Shown: positions 17,054 to 31,074 of the stretch, in pieces
How the letters are laid out: every line of letters starts with the position of its first letter
Numbering within the stretch: the first letter of the stretch is position 1
DNA from: the human T2T-CHM13v2.0 reference genome, Homo sapiens
Assembly: GCF_009914755.1 (NCBI RefSeq)
Contig: NC_060942.1
Length of the DNA stretch: 64,000 nucleotides
Strand: one strand, 5' to 3'
Made by a program: the position numbers and the translations under genes
The notes under the pieces: generated by a model
Seen by the model: the letters and a program-made list of their open reading frames with translations, nothing else
What the model was told of the DNA's origin: nothing
Databases searched by the model: none

Positions 17054-17604
17054 AGAAATGTGTCTAGTTCTTTAGAACAGGGCAGCAGGGAAACATAAAG
17101 GCTCTTCATACATGGTGTGCCATAAACATTACTATTTTTCTGTTTAATGTGCATTTTATCATTGATTTCTCCTTGCTTCCGGGGTGGCCGAGAAGCTGTC
17201 ATATTCCCCTCGATCCAATTCAGCAAAGCTGCAGCAGGAATGTGAGCACCTCCACCCAGCTGCGTGGGCATCCTGGTCAGCAGACGCACTCACTTCCTGA
17301 GGGCACACTGGCTGCACGCCCAGCAGGTGCAATGCCGTGGCCACTGTCCCTGGACAGGAGTTCACTACGGGGACAGAACCCAGGTCAAATTTTTATAGTC
17401 TTCTTGTTTAGTGAAATAAGTATCATATAATTCTTTATAAGCTGATGATAGTTATTACAGATCATTAAAGACAGGGTTTTAACTTGTTTTTCTCAGCCTC
17501 GGGATTTAAAAAGTTTAAAGTTCATTTAAAAATTCCTCTGGTTTTCATAAAATTGCCCTATTTATAAAAATTGTGAATCTTATCCAAAGTATTGTAAAAA
17601 ATTA

Positions 17605-17934
<330 letters not shown>

Positions 17935-18597
17935 AAAATAACTAAAGATAGTTTCATCAAATTGCTAAAAATACAAGAATTGTATCTTGTTCTTTATAAA
18001 TGTTCCATTATGTCTGTAAACACATAGAGCGACTGAAGTAACTATCAAAGGATTTTCAGTATAGGGGTAGCTTGGCTGACTTGAAAAGTGGATAAAATTA
18101 TTTCCTGAAAAAGAATGCCTAGTTCTGATAGCAGATAGTGAGGACAGCCTCCCACACCAGAAAACCGTCACTAAGGGGCATGCTTGGTGCTTCCCTGAAA
18201 AACGCGGAACACGCCTCACTTTGTCTTCTTCAAGGGAAGGAGGCTCATATCTCAAACCTTTAAAATAAAAGTAAGAAATTCATCAGCAGAAGGCCAAGGA
18301 ATGGGTTAATATTTGAATATTATTCAGTGTCTTCTAATGGATATATCTATATCTATAAAGAATACGCTTACAGAGAAATAACAATTTAAACTTTATAAAT
18401 AACAAGGATAGGGAGGATGTTGGAAAAATAACCTCTAATCAGTACCAATCAGTAATTAAGTCGATATGTAAACTTTCTTGCCAATTTGGCAATATAAACA
18501 CAGTTTAAGCCATGTACACACAGCGTTTCACTCCTAGGTGTGTGTTCCGGAAAAGCTCTCCCATACGAATAAGCAGATGTGTAAAGACGTGCCTTAT

Positions 18598-19158
18598 ATG
18601 CAGAACTGTGACAGGTCTCAGAGTTTCCCTGCTTGGACACCAACCTGTTAGCCTGCCACAGTTTCAGGGATGCTGGAGGAGACACAAGACTCCTGGCTTA
18701 GAGACACAGGTGGTTTATCACGAGCTCCAACAGTGGCAGCCAGAATGCCATCACCTTTGTGCCAGTGCCTTGAGCAAAACACTGCCACAGAGCAGTATGA
18801 GCAGACCTCGGTGACAGCTGCATATGCAGTGGGCTCAGTTACGGGAAGGGGAACCTAAGCTTTAGGGACCTGAATCTTTCGTAAAGGGCAGTGATCTGCC
18901 GACCCTTGCTCCAGAGGGAGGCTCTGCTATATTGGGCAGTCAGCATGCTTGCCTTAGCTGCTAAGGTAGATACTATCTCTGTCTTCCAGAGCTGCAGACA
19001 AACCCAACCTTTGCACATCAGGAAGATGCTATTCCTTTCTTCCAAGGCTGCTCATGACACAGGCATCTGGAAAAGATAGTCTGAAACAGAGGGAGGGGTG
19101 TCCCACTAAAGGATGTGCAGAAGTCTGAGACGCAAAACCCATAAAAATGGTCTTTTAG
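18598..19158 (-). mobile_element. ERVL LTR40-like solo LTR within old L1 remnants
   Basis: gttagcctgccacagtttcagggatgctggaggagacacaagactcctgg, ggaacctaagctttagggacctgaatcttt and aaagatagtctgaaaca. Confidence 0.75.
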
Positions 19159-19216
19159 AGTAATGCGGTGTTATCTCTTATATAAATGTAGGTTACTACA
19201 TTGCTATGGGTTTTAG

Positions 19217-19220
<4 letters not shown>

Positions 19221-19246
<26 letters not shown>
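19221..19246. repeat. (TG)n microsatellite
   Basis: Directly visible in the sequence. Confidence 0.95.
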
Positions 19247-19251
<5 letters not shown>

Positions 19252-19544
19252 TCTTTACATACAACTTTAAAACATACTGTTACATACTGACATGTGTAAT
19301 ACAATTTTATTTTCCAATAAAGATGCAGAGAAAAAATACCCAACCACTTTAAGAAAGCAGTGTCCTGTAAGAAGGAAGAGAGAATGGGAGAGGTGTTTCC
19401 GTTTTGGCTTGATATTTAATATTTGATTGCTAAAAAGCAATTCTAAAGAAAGAGTTTAATTTGTATTACATTTCGATGATGAGGACTACAGAGTATTAAT
19501 TTTGATTAGAATGCCATCTGTCTCTTTTATATTTATATATACTA

Positions 19545-19589
19545 AACACACACACGCACGCACACACACACACACACACACACAACACA
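19545..19589. repeat. (CA)n microsatellite, interrupted
   Basis: Directly visible in the sequence. Confidence 0.9.
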
Positions 19590-21794
19590 AATGCATAGTT
19601 CTTCAAAAAAATTCAGTACCTCAAAAACAATAGTTTAGTTAGACTATGGCAACCAGAATAAATGGATTCCTGATTTTGGCCATACTGCTTGGAGGACACT
19701 TGATTATAATATTCTGAATCCCTACCATTCTTATCAAATTAAATAAATTGTGCCTCAGGTTTGAAGTCTTAAAAATACAACAAGAAGTGCATTTGTTATA
19801 GAGAATTTAGGGGCCAAGCGTTCCCCCTATGGGGCCTGACTTAATCAGAACCTGATCTGCACTGTATGGAACCATCTGTATTTTTGGGAAGCAAATATGC
19901 CTTTGCACATCTTCTTAATACGGTGCAGGTTATTCACTGGCATGGACCACTCTATTACAAATCTGTGGATGAGGTTTACCGAGACCCACGGTTTCCCACG
20001 ATGTTGTGTTGGAGTAATGTGTACTAATCACAAACAAAATAGTCTTTGATGGATCTCACGGAGTTCAAGTTACATTTCAGAAAACATGTTGAAAATTTCT
20101 GCCCCATAAAAAACTGAAAACCTGATTTCCTAGTAATAAAGGAAACACAAAATACTTTTCCTTTTTTTTTTTTAACTTCTTTGAAGGTTCAGCAGAGATT
20201 TTAATGGGCAATTTAGAATCTGTATGAACCTTCCATTTACAGTAATCTTGAACATGGATAATGCAATTATCATATGCAGCATGAGTCTCTCCCATGTAGC
20301 TCATAAAGTAGTAGGCATTTGTGTTCTAAACAAAGAGCTAAGATATTTTTTAAATATGAACTTCACAACAAGAATAATCTTTGACATATGAATTGAGAAA
20401 GAACAACAAAAGGGAGGAAAGGAAAAAAGAAGAAAAGAGAAAAAAAGACTTCCAGGCAGTTCATAGATTATAATCTTCAGTAATATGTTTCCCATATGAT
20501 CAGTTAAGCCCTCCACAGATCGGCCCCAGTGAACATGTCAGAGTCCAAAAGACCACTTAATGTTTGAAACTTTATAGCTATGTTTTCCTACTGCTAAATG
20601 TGCCTGTGCCTTTCCTGTTTCTATTTATATCTTGTATCATTTCTCACTCACCCATTATTTATCCTTCTGTTTGACTTATATCATCATTGATATTGTTCTT
20701 TCAACCATCTAACTTTTTCCCTCTTAGTATTCTATTTTAATCCCCTAATTTTTTTAAGGAGAAATAGTAAGACGCATGAGTCAGTTTCACAGCATGAATC
20801 ACTCATTTCTTGTGTTGAAACCGAGTTGATGGGAAGACACTTGCTGTGGGTGCCGTAACCGGTGTTAACTGATCACCAACCTTACGTCAGGCAGTGCCCA
20901 TGTATCTGCGATTCTAAAATAAAAATCTTAGGTGAGCTGAAGCTCTCCAAGGGCTCACATTTCTAGTAGCCCAAGACCAGAGCACACACAGAAATGGACA
21001 GGGGGGTTTCAGGGCTGGCAAGAATGCGAGGAAGATGCAAGGGCTTGGTGACCCCGAACATCATCATGCATGGCGGCTACCCAGGGATTGTGAAAACGCA
21101 GACTGCAGCCCCCGCGCCCCACAGCGGGATCACTGCATGTTCACATGTGGAAGTGAATCAGAGAATGAAGCTTAATCCTTGACTTCACGGAGCTCACATT
21201 CTAATGGAAGAGACAGAAAATTTGCCAATAAACATTTATTCAAAAACATTTATTTCAGAGTGCCCATGTCAAGCCACGCATGACATAAAATATCCCCAAG
21301 AGCAATTTTGACTATTACTCAGCACTTGTATTATTCACTCTTTCTATTAAGATTAGAATTCCTGTAGCACTCCACAGTGCAATTTCACACATGCTTAATG
21401 CAATCAAATCGTTAGGGATGATTCCGAGGCTGGGCTTGATTTTAAGCCAATTGATGTGGGAAAAAGCCTTTTTTTTTTTTTTTTTTTTTTGCATGGTTAT
21501 GGTCTCAGGGATCTTTCCCCACTTCCCCTAACCATCTACCTCCCAGCATTGCACCATCAGAGGGTAAGGGCCCTTCAAAGCATGGGGTCTGGCACAGGTG
21601 TCTCCTGGGCTGAAGGAGGGGCTGCCTGTGTGGCCCTGCTCGCCTCCTGGCTGCCATCATTCCCCTCTTTCACTCTTGATGTTTCTCCTGCAACTTCTTT
21701 TCAGCTGGAAGTGCCTTTTTAAAAAAATGCCAAGGAGGAGAAAAGGGCAAATGATGACATGGTGCCAACACCATCTTATTATTGTTCATTAGTA

Positions 21795-21941
21795 AGTCTC
21801 ATGTCTCCCTAAAATGTAGAAAGCAAGCTGTACCCCCAGAGCCATGGGCATCTGTCCTCAGGACCTCCCAAGGCTATGTCACAGGAGCATCCTTAACTTC
21901 CTGAATTGACTGAGACCTGCCTCAGCTATTTTGAATTCACA
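21795..21941 (+). mobile_element. ERV1 MER4-type LTR 3' fragment
   Basis: gtctcatgtctccctaaaatgta...tcaggacctccc...aattgactgagacctg...ttcaca. Confidence 0.75.
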
Positions 21942-23104
21942 TAGGTTATAGTGTCCTTCTGCTGCTGCTGAGAACCAGAGCTCTTCGTAAATTAATTTAG
22001 AATACTTCCTGTTTCTGTTTTGCAAATCTCTGATTAAATAAGAATTAAATGGAAGTCATCAGGATCCTGGAACAGTAAACCTATTCTTGACCTGAGGGGG
22101 TGATGGTTCTTCTCCTGTGACCTCTGACACAGTGGAAATTCCATAGAGTGACTTATTTCACACATAATCAACACAGAGAGGATGGTGACTGAAAGAACCT
22201 GGCCTAGGACTTTGTTTGGATTTCTGAGTCTGAATTGAGTGAAATTAATGTGGCTTGTCAGGTAGATAAGGGAGGAGGGGTGCCAGCATCCCAGAGACCC
22301 TACACACTCTCAGAGGTGACCGTGTCCCACTCCCTACCGACACTGCCCCTACTCTGCCTCTAAGCATTTCTGCAAGAGTGAGTCAAAATCGCTGGTAAAA
22401 GTCCAAATTCCTCAGGTGTTAGGGGAAAGAAAATAGTTTAAAATGATCTGTGGTGAAGACCTAATCTGGTATAAAATTCTTTCTGGGACTTGCAATTGTT
22501 GGTGTAAATACATGCAAATTTTCTTACCATCTTTGACTCTGATATTTTATAATTTGAAATGAACTCAAGAGGCAAAAACTTATCATAGGTAAATGCATTT
22601 TTTCTTCCTTTTGAAAACAGTTTAAAACACTACAAGAAGAGCTGAATCTTTTAACCTCTGCTCTTACGACACTTCATTTCAGGGAATTCGAGCTTAGACA
22701 GTAACATAGATGGGAATGTGTTTTCCAGGAGGGAAGCAGAGCTGCCAGGCCTCCCTAATGCCTGGGCTGGAAACACTCAGAATGCCACTGTCTCTGTGTT
22801 CTGCACTAGGCCCAGAATAGAGAGGGGCAGCCTTGGTGACTGCCTCCCGCTGGCATTGTGAAAATCACTGTAAGGGGAAAGAACGAGGTGCAAAATGAGC
22901 TGCAAAACTCAAGAAAGACACAGGAGAGAAAAGCCCAACAAAATGAAAATCCTGTTGGAAGCAGAAGACTTGGTCTTAGACACTGCTGAAAATGCAATCA
23001 GGACATGAGAGAGGTTTTGAGAAAATTGAGAAAAATTAAATGGAAAAGAACAATGTGTTTAAACTAATTAGAGAAAGGATGTTAGATGTGAGAATGAAGC
23101 AGGT

Positions 23105-23468
23105 TGTATCAGTCCATTCTCACACTGCTATAAAGAACTGCACAAGACTGGGAGATTTGTAAAGAAAGGAAGTTTAATTGACTCACAGTTCCGTATGGCC
23201 GGGGAGGCCTCAGGAAACTTACAATCACGGCGGAAGTCATCTCTTCACAGGGCAGCAGAAGAGAGAATGAGTGCCAGCAAGGAAAATGCCAGACACTTAT
23301 AAAACCATCAGATCTCCTGAGAACTCACTCACTATCATGAGAATAGCATGGGGGAAACTGCCCCTATGATTCAATTACCTTCCACTGGGTATCTCCAATG
23401 ACACGTGGGGATTATGGGAACTACAATTCAAGATGAGATTTGGGTGGGGACATAGCTAAACCATATCA
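23105..23468 (-). mobile_element. Solo MaLR LTR, THE1D-like
   Basis: Runs from tgtatcagtccattctcacactgctataaagaac to gatgagatttgggtggggacatagctaaaccatatca. Confidence 0.9.
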
Positions 23469-25582
23469 CCCATTGAAGCAAATATTCTTGAAAAAGAACA
23501 AAGTAAGTTTTCACAGAAACGTTCAAAATTAGCTGAACGACATTCCTCAAAAATGGAAGATTGGATCAGTAGGTTTAAAGTACAGAGACTGCTTTAAGTG
23601 GAAAAAATGATTTGGATCAATTACCACTGAGCTATCCTAGTCAATCGACTGAATTTTAAATGTAGTAGAGACAGTCTAAGGACTTCTGGTTAAACAAGTC
23701 ATTTGTATGGAGGAAGTAAGCCAGTGAAGCTCAGACTTCCCACAGCCACACTAAGGCACACTGTGGAACAAGCTAACATCCACAGATGCTCTGACTCACA
23801 GAGGCAGGGTGACCTGCTGTGGAGTCCTTCCCCTCTCTGTGCTGCCACAGGGTGTGGGCTGTGCTCTCTAACAGGGCTCATCCAGGCTCCACACTGGGGC
23901 CACTGCCTCATGCCTCCTTCCCTGGCTGCCTAACCTGTCATACACTTGACAGGGTCATGGCGCCCAGAGCTTCCCATGTACATCTCACCCTGTGGACCCT
24001 CCTCAGAACACCTGTATTCCTCACCCTCCACTCAGACCCATTCTTTAGTATTCAACGTAGTTGTCCCTTCTAAGAATCCTTCCCTGACCACCCCCTAGGC
24101 CCTCACCTGCCGGGCTGGGTGGGAGCTTTCCCCTGTGCTCCATCCACCACCTTTTCTACTGCACCTACAGCATCCCTACTGCAGTGATCTCCTTCTGCAT
24201 CCACCATGGCTTCTTTGGGGCATGGAACATGTTACATCCCGTAAGCTTATTCCCATAGTCTGGCAGGTAGATTTTTCACAAGATTTAATTCCTGTCTGCC
24301 CAATAAATAATCAAGTGTACAGACTTAGATGAAATTGTCATTAAAAGCTCTTTAAAGGGGATGCAAACTTTAGTAATTGAATCAATTTTGTTGGTTGAAA
24401 ATGTATCCACATCACAAGTGGATGCTCATTTTATAATGCATACCTAACAATCCGTGGGCATATCATTGCCTCACAGTTTACTGTTAAGATTTCTTAAATG
24501 AAAATACAGCATAGAAAATTAAATTCTGGTGAGATTCTGGGTTTGTATTTGTTTTCTGCAAACCATGCTGGATTGCTTAAGAATTCAGAATCATTCTTCA
24601 AAAGTCCTTAAGGTGAAGGTTGATTTACATAGTGCTTGGCCCAAGCCACTTGCTTTCCTGGAAAAGGATTCTTCAAGGCCTCATTTATCTTCCTTCTGTG
24701 CAACAAAGTTTCTGGCAATGGGGTTAAGAATCTGTCAAAATAAAAGATGTTGTGATCATTCAGTGGATAATTCATTAAAGCAGCGTCTGTGGAGCATGGT
24801 GTGCTGGGGACACAAAGGCAGAAGGTGAGCCCTTTCCTTCACGATCACAAGACAGTGGAGATGCATGAGTAGCAGAAAATTGCAAAGCAGTCTCATAATT
24901 TCTGGGCAGAATTAAGTTGATTAACAATTACAAATAGAACACCTTCATTATGGAGACTCAAAATATCTGGGGGTTAAAATGACTTTTTTTTTTATTAGAA
25001 CAGAATAATTTGGTCTGAGGGCTCTCATTGCATAAGATACATACGCCAAGAAACTTTTAAACTCTATCTTGATGCCAGAAAAGTAAAGTTTCCAAGCTCT
25101 TCTAAAATTCTACATCCTATATCTATGCTAGAATAAAGATCTTATTACCTCTACTTCATTTGATTAATTTAGCAATCAAGATTATTAAAACACTTTAAAA
25201 TTATGCAGAAGGCAAAAATTTAATCAAACCATTCATCCTTCTTTGATGAAAATGGAGGTCTAGTGAGGGTGTTTTGCTAAAGCCTTGCTCAGTGTTGTTG
25301 TTTTGTAGTTGTCTTAGTTGATGTAGCCTGCAGTCACACACATCACATTCATACTGAAACACATACTGATACTCTTTAAGGAACCCATTTTTATGTTTAT
25401 GACAATTCAGTGTCTTTACTCAGACATTAGAACACATCTAGGAAAAACAAACAAACAAACAAAAAACTTCCAGTGAGAAGTATTCTTTCCTCAATAAAAT
25501 CACTGGAGCATAGCTTAAGACATCATCTTCATCATCTACAAAATGTTCTGAAAAACCAAGGCCTGTTGTGAGGAAGAAGCTT

Positions 25583-26094
25583 TGTATTAGGCCGTTCTTG
25601 CATCACTATAAAGAAACATCTGAGACTGGGTAATTTATAAAGAAAAGAGATTTCATTGGCTCATGATTCTCCAGGCTGTAAAGGAAGCTTGGTGCTGGCA
25701 TCTGCTTGGCTTCTAGGAGGCTGCAGGAAGCATCCAATCATGGTGGAAGGTGAAGTGGAAGCAGACAAGTCACATGGCAGGAGCAGGTTGTATCAGTCCA
25801 TTCTCACACTGCCATATGAACTGCACAAGACTGGGAGATTTATAAAGAAAGGAAGTTTAATTGACTCACGGTTCCGTATGGCCGGGGAGGCCTCAGGAAC
25901 TCCAGGGACGGTGAGGGGGTGACACACACATTTAAATGACCAGATCTCAAGAGAACTCACTATCATGAAGACAGTGCCAAGCCATGAGGGATCCACCCCC
26001 ATGATCTAAATGCCTCCCACCAGGCCCTACCTCCGGCTCTGGGGATTACAGTTCAACATGAGATATGGTGGGGACAAATATCCAAACCACAGCA
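25583..26094 (-). mobile_element. Solo MaLR LTR, MSTA/MSTB-like, carrying a foreign 118-bp insert
   Basis: tgtattaggccgttcttgcatcactataaag...ggcatctgcttggcttct...ggggacaaatatccaaacc. Insert at 25782-25899. Confidence 0.85.
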
Positions 26095-26951
26095 AGAGCA
26101 AGCTTGCCCTAGTGAAGGGATTCAAGAGGATCAAAGGCAAACTCTGCAAGCAAGGGGAGGGGGTCAGCTCCTAAAAAAACCTACAGCATGCAAGTCCAAG
26201 GTTGAACATGATAGCTGCGCTGTCTAATATGAACCTTTTTTAAATAAATAAAACCTGAAGGCTGTAGGACTTTTACATATATATATGCCCTATACAGCTT
26301 GCCTTCATACATTTCAGGATATACAACAGTACTTATAAATGGCTGTGAGTACAAGATCAAAATTCATTCTAATGATGCATCAACAATCTCTGTATTTTAA
26401 AAATGTATAATATCACAATCTTAGGTTCTGTGTCTAATGCGTTTCTGATACAGGAACTTGATAGTACCGCTGTGTCACAGAGACACATGTTTTTCATTCC
26501 TCAGTCCCAGGAGTGGAAGCCACAGTGGGAACTATGGTCTTTTGAGCAGCATGAGCGGGTCCCAAGTGGAGAGGGCCCTGCCACCTGGGCCGCATGACCC
26601 CCACACACTGCTGTCTCCGCGTCTCACTGGTGGAAAACGTGCCAGTGGAGCTTGGGGAAAGTGCCCAGGGAGAAGCCAAGCAGCTTGGAGTAGAGAATCG
26701 CACACCCTCAAAAGCAGCCCTCTGGGTAGCCCAGAGCCACCATGTGACCATGTGACTGAAGCTGCTCACCTGGCATCTACAAATCCTCACATTATCCAAA
26801 AAGAATGGAACGTGCCTCTGCTAATTTTTTTTTTTTTTTACCTTGAACTTCAAATTTGTCTAAGACTATTTTCCAAACAAAATGCCCCTGGGTGTCCTCT
26901 CTCCTACAACTGGCCCTGACCAACCCATATCTTGAATATTTTCTCTGCCTC

Positions 26952-27311
26952 TGTATTAGTCCACTCTCAGGCTGCTGATAAAGGCATATCTGAGACTGGG
27001 TGATTTATAAAGAAAAAGAGGTTTAATGAACTCAGAGTCCCACTTGGCTGGGGAGGCCTGACAATCATGGCAGAAGAGCAAGGGACGTCTTAAATGGTGG
27101 CAGGCAAGAGAGAATGACAGCCAAGCAAAAGGGGTTTCCTCTTATAAAACCATCAGCTCTCCTGAGACTTATTCACTACCATGAGAACAGTATGGGGGAA
27201 CTGCCCCCATGATTCAATTATCTCCCACTGGGTCCCTCCCACAACACCTGGGAATTATGGGAGTTACAATTTAAGATCAGATTTGGGTGGGGACACAGCC
27301 TAACCATATCA
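26952..27311 (-). mobile_element. Solo MaLR LTR, THE1C-like
   Basis: Runs from tgtattagtcc to aaccatatca. TSD GCCTC at 26947-26951 and 27312-27316. Confidence 0.92.
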
Positions 27312-28196
27312 GCCTCCCTATGGAAAACAAAATGAGATTTTAGAAATGCTCTGTTATAGATGCATAGCATGATTTTGTGTACATGTATTGAAGAATGAAT
27401 GAAGACAGAATAAAGTTACTTGATCATCAGACATTAATCAGGTAATTCTGTCAGACCTCAAAGTTGATTTAGCTAGATATTAATTTTCAGATTTCAGTTA
27501 CTCATTTCACAAATATTTTGTTAAATCAGGTGCACATTTTTAAGTTATTTGAGTTATTCAGAGGAATGATGCTATGAAATTTAAAAATTATTTTAATATC
27601 AAAATATTAAATCTTTATATTATATACCTAGATATTTGCACACTAAATTAAACCAGGAACAGAAATACATGCAGTTTAAAATGATTAAATTGATCATACA
27701 AGAGACAAACTTCTCAGTATTATCTATTATATAGGCATATCTGTGACATCCACAAACACACATATTCATAGCAATCTTATATTGGATAAACTTGTCTTGT
27801 TCTCTGAAACAATTGTACCTATTTTGCCTCTGTAATTTAATGGGTTGCTGGGGAACTTGGTGTTTTTGGATTTATTTCTTAAAAAGGTCATACAATGAGC
27901 AGCCATCCCAGAATACACTTTTTCAAAAGCTCTTTTTCAGTGTCCCTAATAGAAGCCTCATTTCAGTGTGTAAGCAGAACATTTGCAATTTGGTTTTAAT
28001 TTTTTCCCTGTGGCACTCATTTGTATTTCACGTGCTTTGGCCTCTCTTGTCTCTTTTCATTTTTTCTGTGCATTAATTATCTTTTGCTATGTTTTAAGTG
28101 TCAGAAATGTGCTTCTTGGCTTTTAATATTGGCTTTAGTTCTGCCTCACTGATCCTTGAAAGACACAATTGTTTCTGATTAATTACCTTTCTCATC

Positions 28197-28855
28197 TGTA
28201 AGAGTTGAGGAAGGAAGAAAGGAGCATGAAAGGTGGCTCAACAGTCAAAGACAGGTTTATTTTAGAGAATAAACCTGACGGGGGCTTCTGGCTGAGTTAG
28301 GTCAGGAGCTTTTTCTCTTACAGACTAGGGGTATTTAAGGGATCAGGGGCTCATGAGGAGGGGGTGCCTTATCCTCCTAGGGCCTGATGGTTCAGTTAGG
28401 ACCAGGTGTGCTATTTATATAGAGCAGAGTATTTATCAGCTCTCACCCCATTCCCAGACCACATAGGCCAACTTTTAGTCTGTATCTCTTTGTCTTGCTT
28501 ATCAGGGAGAAAGAGTTTTTGTGTTTGTTCCCACACATCTTCCTGCAGCTTCAGGGATACTCCCCAGTCGGCCTTAACTTCCCTATCTTCATTCACCTAA
28601 AAGGAAAGGAATGTGCTTATTATGGCCCACTGTTTCACTGGGGCCCACCGTGTAAATATGAAGTTTGGTGATTACCAAGGAGACTTCTCCCCTTCTTCTG
28701 TGCCCGAGCTGTTTTATGTGTGTTTTGCTGTCTGCTTTTTCTGGCTGCTTGTTGTTAGAAGAGAAGTAATTTCCTTGAAATGCATGAGGTTAGAAAGGGA
28801 GCTGGAATTTAAAATGGTGATGTTTGTTCAAGATGATGGTGCTTCTGCTCTGTCA
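28197..28855 (-). mobile_element. Solo ERV1 LTR, LTR19-like
   Basis: tgtaagagtt...ggctcaacagtcaaagacaggtttattttagagaataaacctga...aagatgatggtgcttctgctctgtca. TSD TCATC at 28192-28196 and 28856-28860. Confidence 0.8.
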
Positions 28856-28944
28856 TCATCTAAGAACATTCTTGTTACATTTCATTTGACGTTCAAATTG
28901 CTTTAACTTAAGTCTATGCTACTGAGAATGTGCTGGATTTGAAT

Positions 28945-30250
28945 CAGCCGTTCAGCAAACACGTGGTGAGTGTGCCCGCCGTGTGCCAGGCATGGGGCTG
29001 TGAGCTGAGAAGGTGCACCTGGTCTGCAACCTTTCAACGCAGGCAAGCACCAGCCAGGTGATTACAAATAGCTAAATAGTTGTAGGTGTGGAAACCACCT
29101 CACTGGGAACCACAGGGTGCGTGGGGGACGCTACAGATAATCCTTGGGAGGAAGGAGGCTGGGATGCTTGTGAGGCCTGCTCCGAGAACAGCATTGGATG
29201 GGGTTTCAGAGTCACAACTCCACAAGGGGAGACGAAGGCTTCCAGGGGGAGGAATCGAGGCTTTTGACAGCCTTGCAGGGACAGAACCTGTGTCAGGTGG
29301 AATAACTGCTGTTGAGGAGGTGAGCACAGGAGTCTGAGGGCCTAGGGGCCACCTTCCATTCAGCATTTTGAGCTTTACTCTGCTTGAAAGAGGAAGCTGC
29401 TGAGGGCTGGATGCTTGTGAGTTAAAGGATCAGATTCACTTACTTTTTATGAAAAGTCGTTCTGACTGATGAACAGACTGAAGGAGAACCGATGTGGATG
29501 AAGGAAACCCCTAATCCAGGCAGGTGAGAGGGGAAGCACATCTTAGGGGGGATGGAGCCCAGAGCCCCATCTAGTGGGGTGGGGCAGCATCCAGGAGACC
29601 TGGAGAAGGACAGATGGTCAAGGTCATTGCTCAGGGTCTAGCTTGAGCTACTGGGGACACGTGATGGTTTATAAAAAGCTGGGAATACTAAAGCTGGAGG
29701 AGGCATGGGTGGGAAATCTCTGAACCCAGCTTTAGAAATGTCAGTGGCTGGTCCACGTGGAGAGGGAGTGGAGTCCATGGGCGTGGGGGTCAGCTGCACT
29801 AAAGAGCATTGGGAACTGAGGTGTGATGGGAAGCTGAGGGCCTGAGGTAGATGAACACATGGCAAAGGGTCTAATTGTCCAGGGAAGATGTGCAAAGGAG
29901 CATGGAAGAAAGCCTAGGACAGAAACCTGAAAACCTCTCATCCTTCCCATCTGGGTGGCAGGGGAGAGCCAGCAGAGAAACAAACAGAATCGTGGTTAAA
30001 AGGGAAACAAACAACAAACAAAACAAGAGTGATGTAACCAAAGCCACCAGAGAAGTAGCACGTGGTATTGAGCTCGCGGAGAGGGCGCTGGGTTGGGACT
30101 GGAAGCCTGCGCTGGGTTTAGGCAGTGTGGGGCGCGGGTCCTGGGGGAGGAAAAGTTAGGTGGAGGGGACTGCGTGGGGAATGGAGCCCAGGCGGCGGAG
30201 CAGCCCAAGGGTTGGGCTTTTCCTCCAGGCTGCCCCGCGTGATTGAGGGC
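28945..30250 (-). mobile_element. Degenerate L2 element
   Basis: cgttcagcaaacacgtggtgagtg...gtgtgccaggcatgggg, then gagctttactctg, tttagaaatgtcag and gagtccatgggcgtgggg, all typical of reversed L2. Confidence 0.55.
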
Positions 30251-30430
30251 AGGGTCCTCAGTCACTGAGCTCACAGCAGCGCGCGTGTAGCTGCGTCGGA
30301 TCCATTCAGGGAAGCTCTCCTAGAAGCTGGCCGTGCCTCCAGACAGGCGCACGACCTTAACGAGGGTCCAGCTTTGCTTCCGCCTTTGGTGTGCCTAGAG
30401 AGTGAGGACACGGCCGTGGATCTCTGGTCT
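30050..30430. promoter_or_regulatory. Small CpG-rich patch (possible orphan CpG island or enhancer)
   Basis: About two dozen CpGs by eye in ~380 bp (gctcgcgg, ggcgcggg, ggcggcgg, agcgcgcgtg), against a CpG-poor background. Confidence 0.45.
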
Positions 30431-30782
30431 GTTTCCCAGGGGTGTATCCTTGGACAGGTTGCCTCACTCACTTGTGCCTCCGCTTCCTGGCAGGGAAATT
30501 AAAAATGAAATTCAAAATGAATTTCAGTGGATTGGATATCAATACACTTAAGGTGCTTCATGCTGGTGGTTTCATAGGTCGGCCCCTCCCCTTGTAGCTT
30601 TCCTGGTGCCATACAGAGCACAGCACACCCTTGGCACAAGTGAAGTTCCAATATTGGCCCCCCTCCCACATTTAAATTGTACAATAAAACAGAAACTACA
30701 ATTAAGGGCTGATGTGTTCATTTTAAGCGACACAATGGAAAACAGGAAGCCCTAACGTCGAGGACACCAACCACCATCAGCC

Positions 30783-31018
30783 AAAGCAAAATGCCATATG
30801 CCAATTTTTATTTCTGAGAAATCTTTTAAGCAAAGTGTGAGGCATTTTTCTCCTGAATTAGAGAAAGAGTTACCTCTAAATTATTAGTTTCACTTAATTA
30901 CATATTTTTTGGCTTAGTAATAAAACTAAGGAAATGACCTGGATCATTTGCTCTCTTAGTAGTTGTGTTGATAAAGGCTTTGCAGGGCTAAATCTTTTTC
31001 TTCACTGTGTGATATCAA
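30783..31018 (+). repeat. Dispersed direct repeat, copy 1 (~235 bp)
   Basis: Aligns end to end with 33972-34205. Confidence 0.92.
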
Positions 31019-31074
31019 ACATGTAAGTCTCAATCCTGGGATTTGAAGTAAAAACATAATATATCTTTAGTCTG

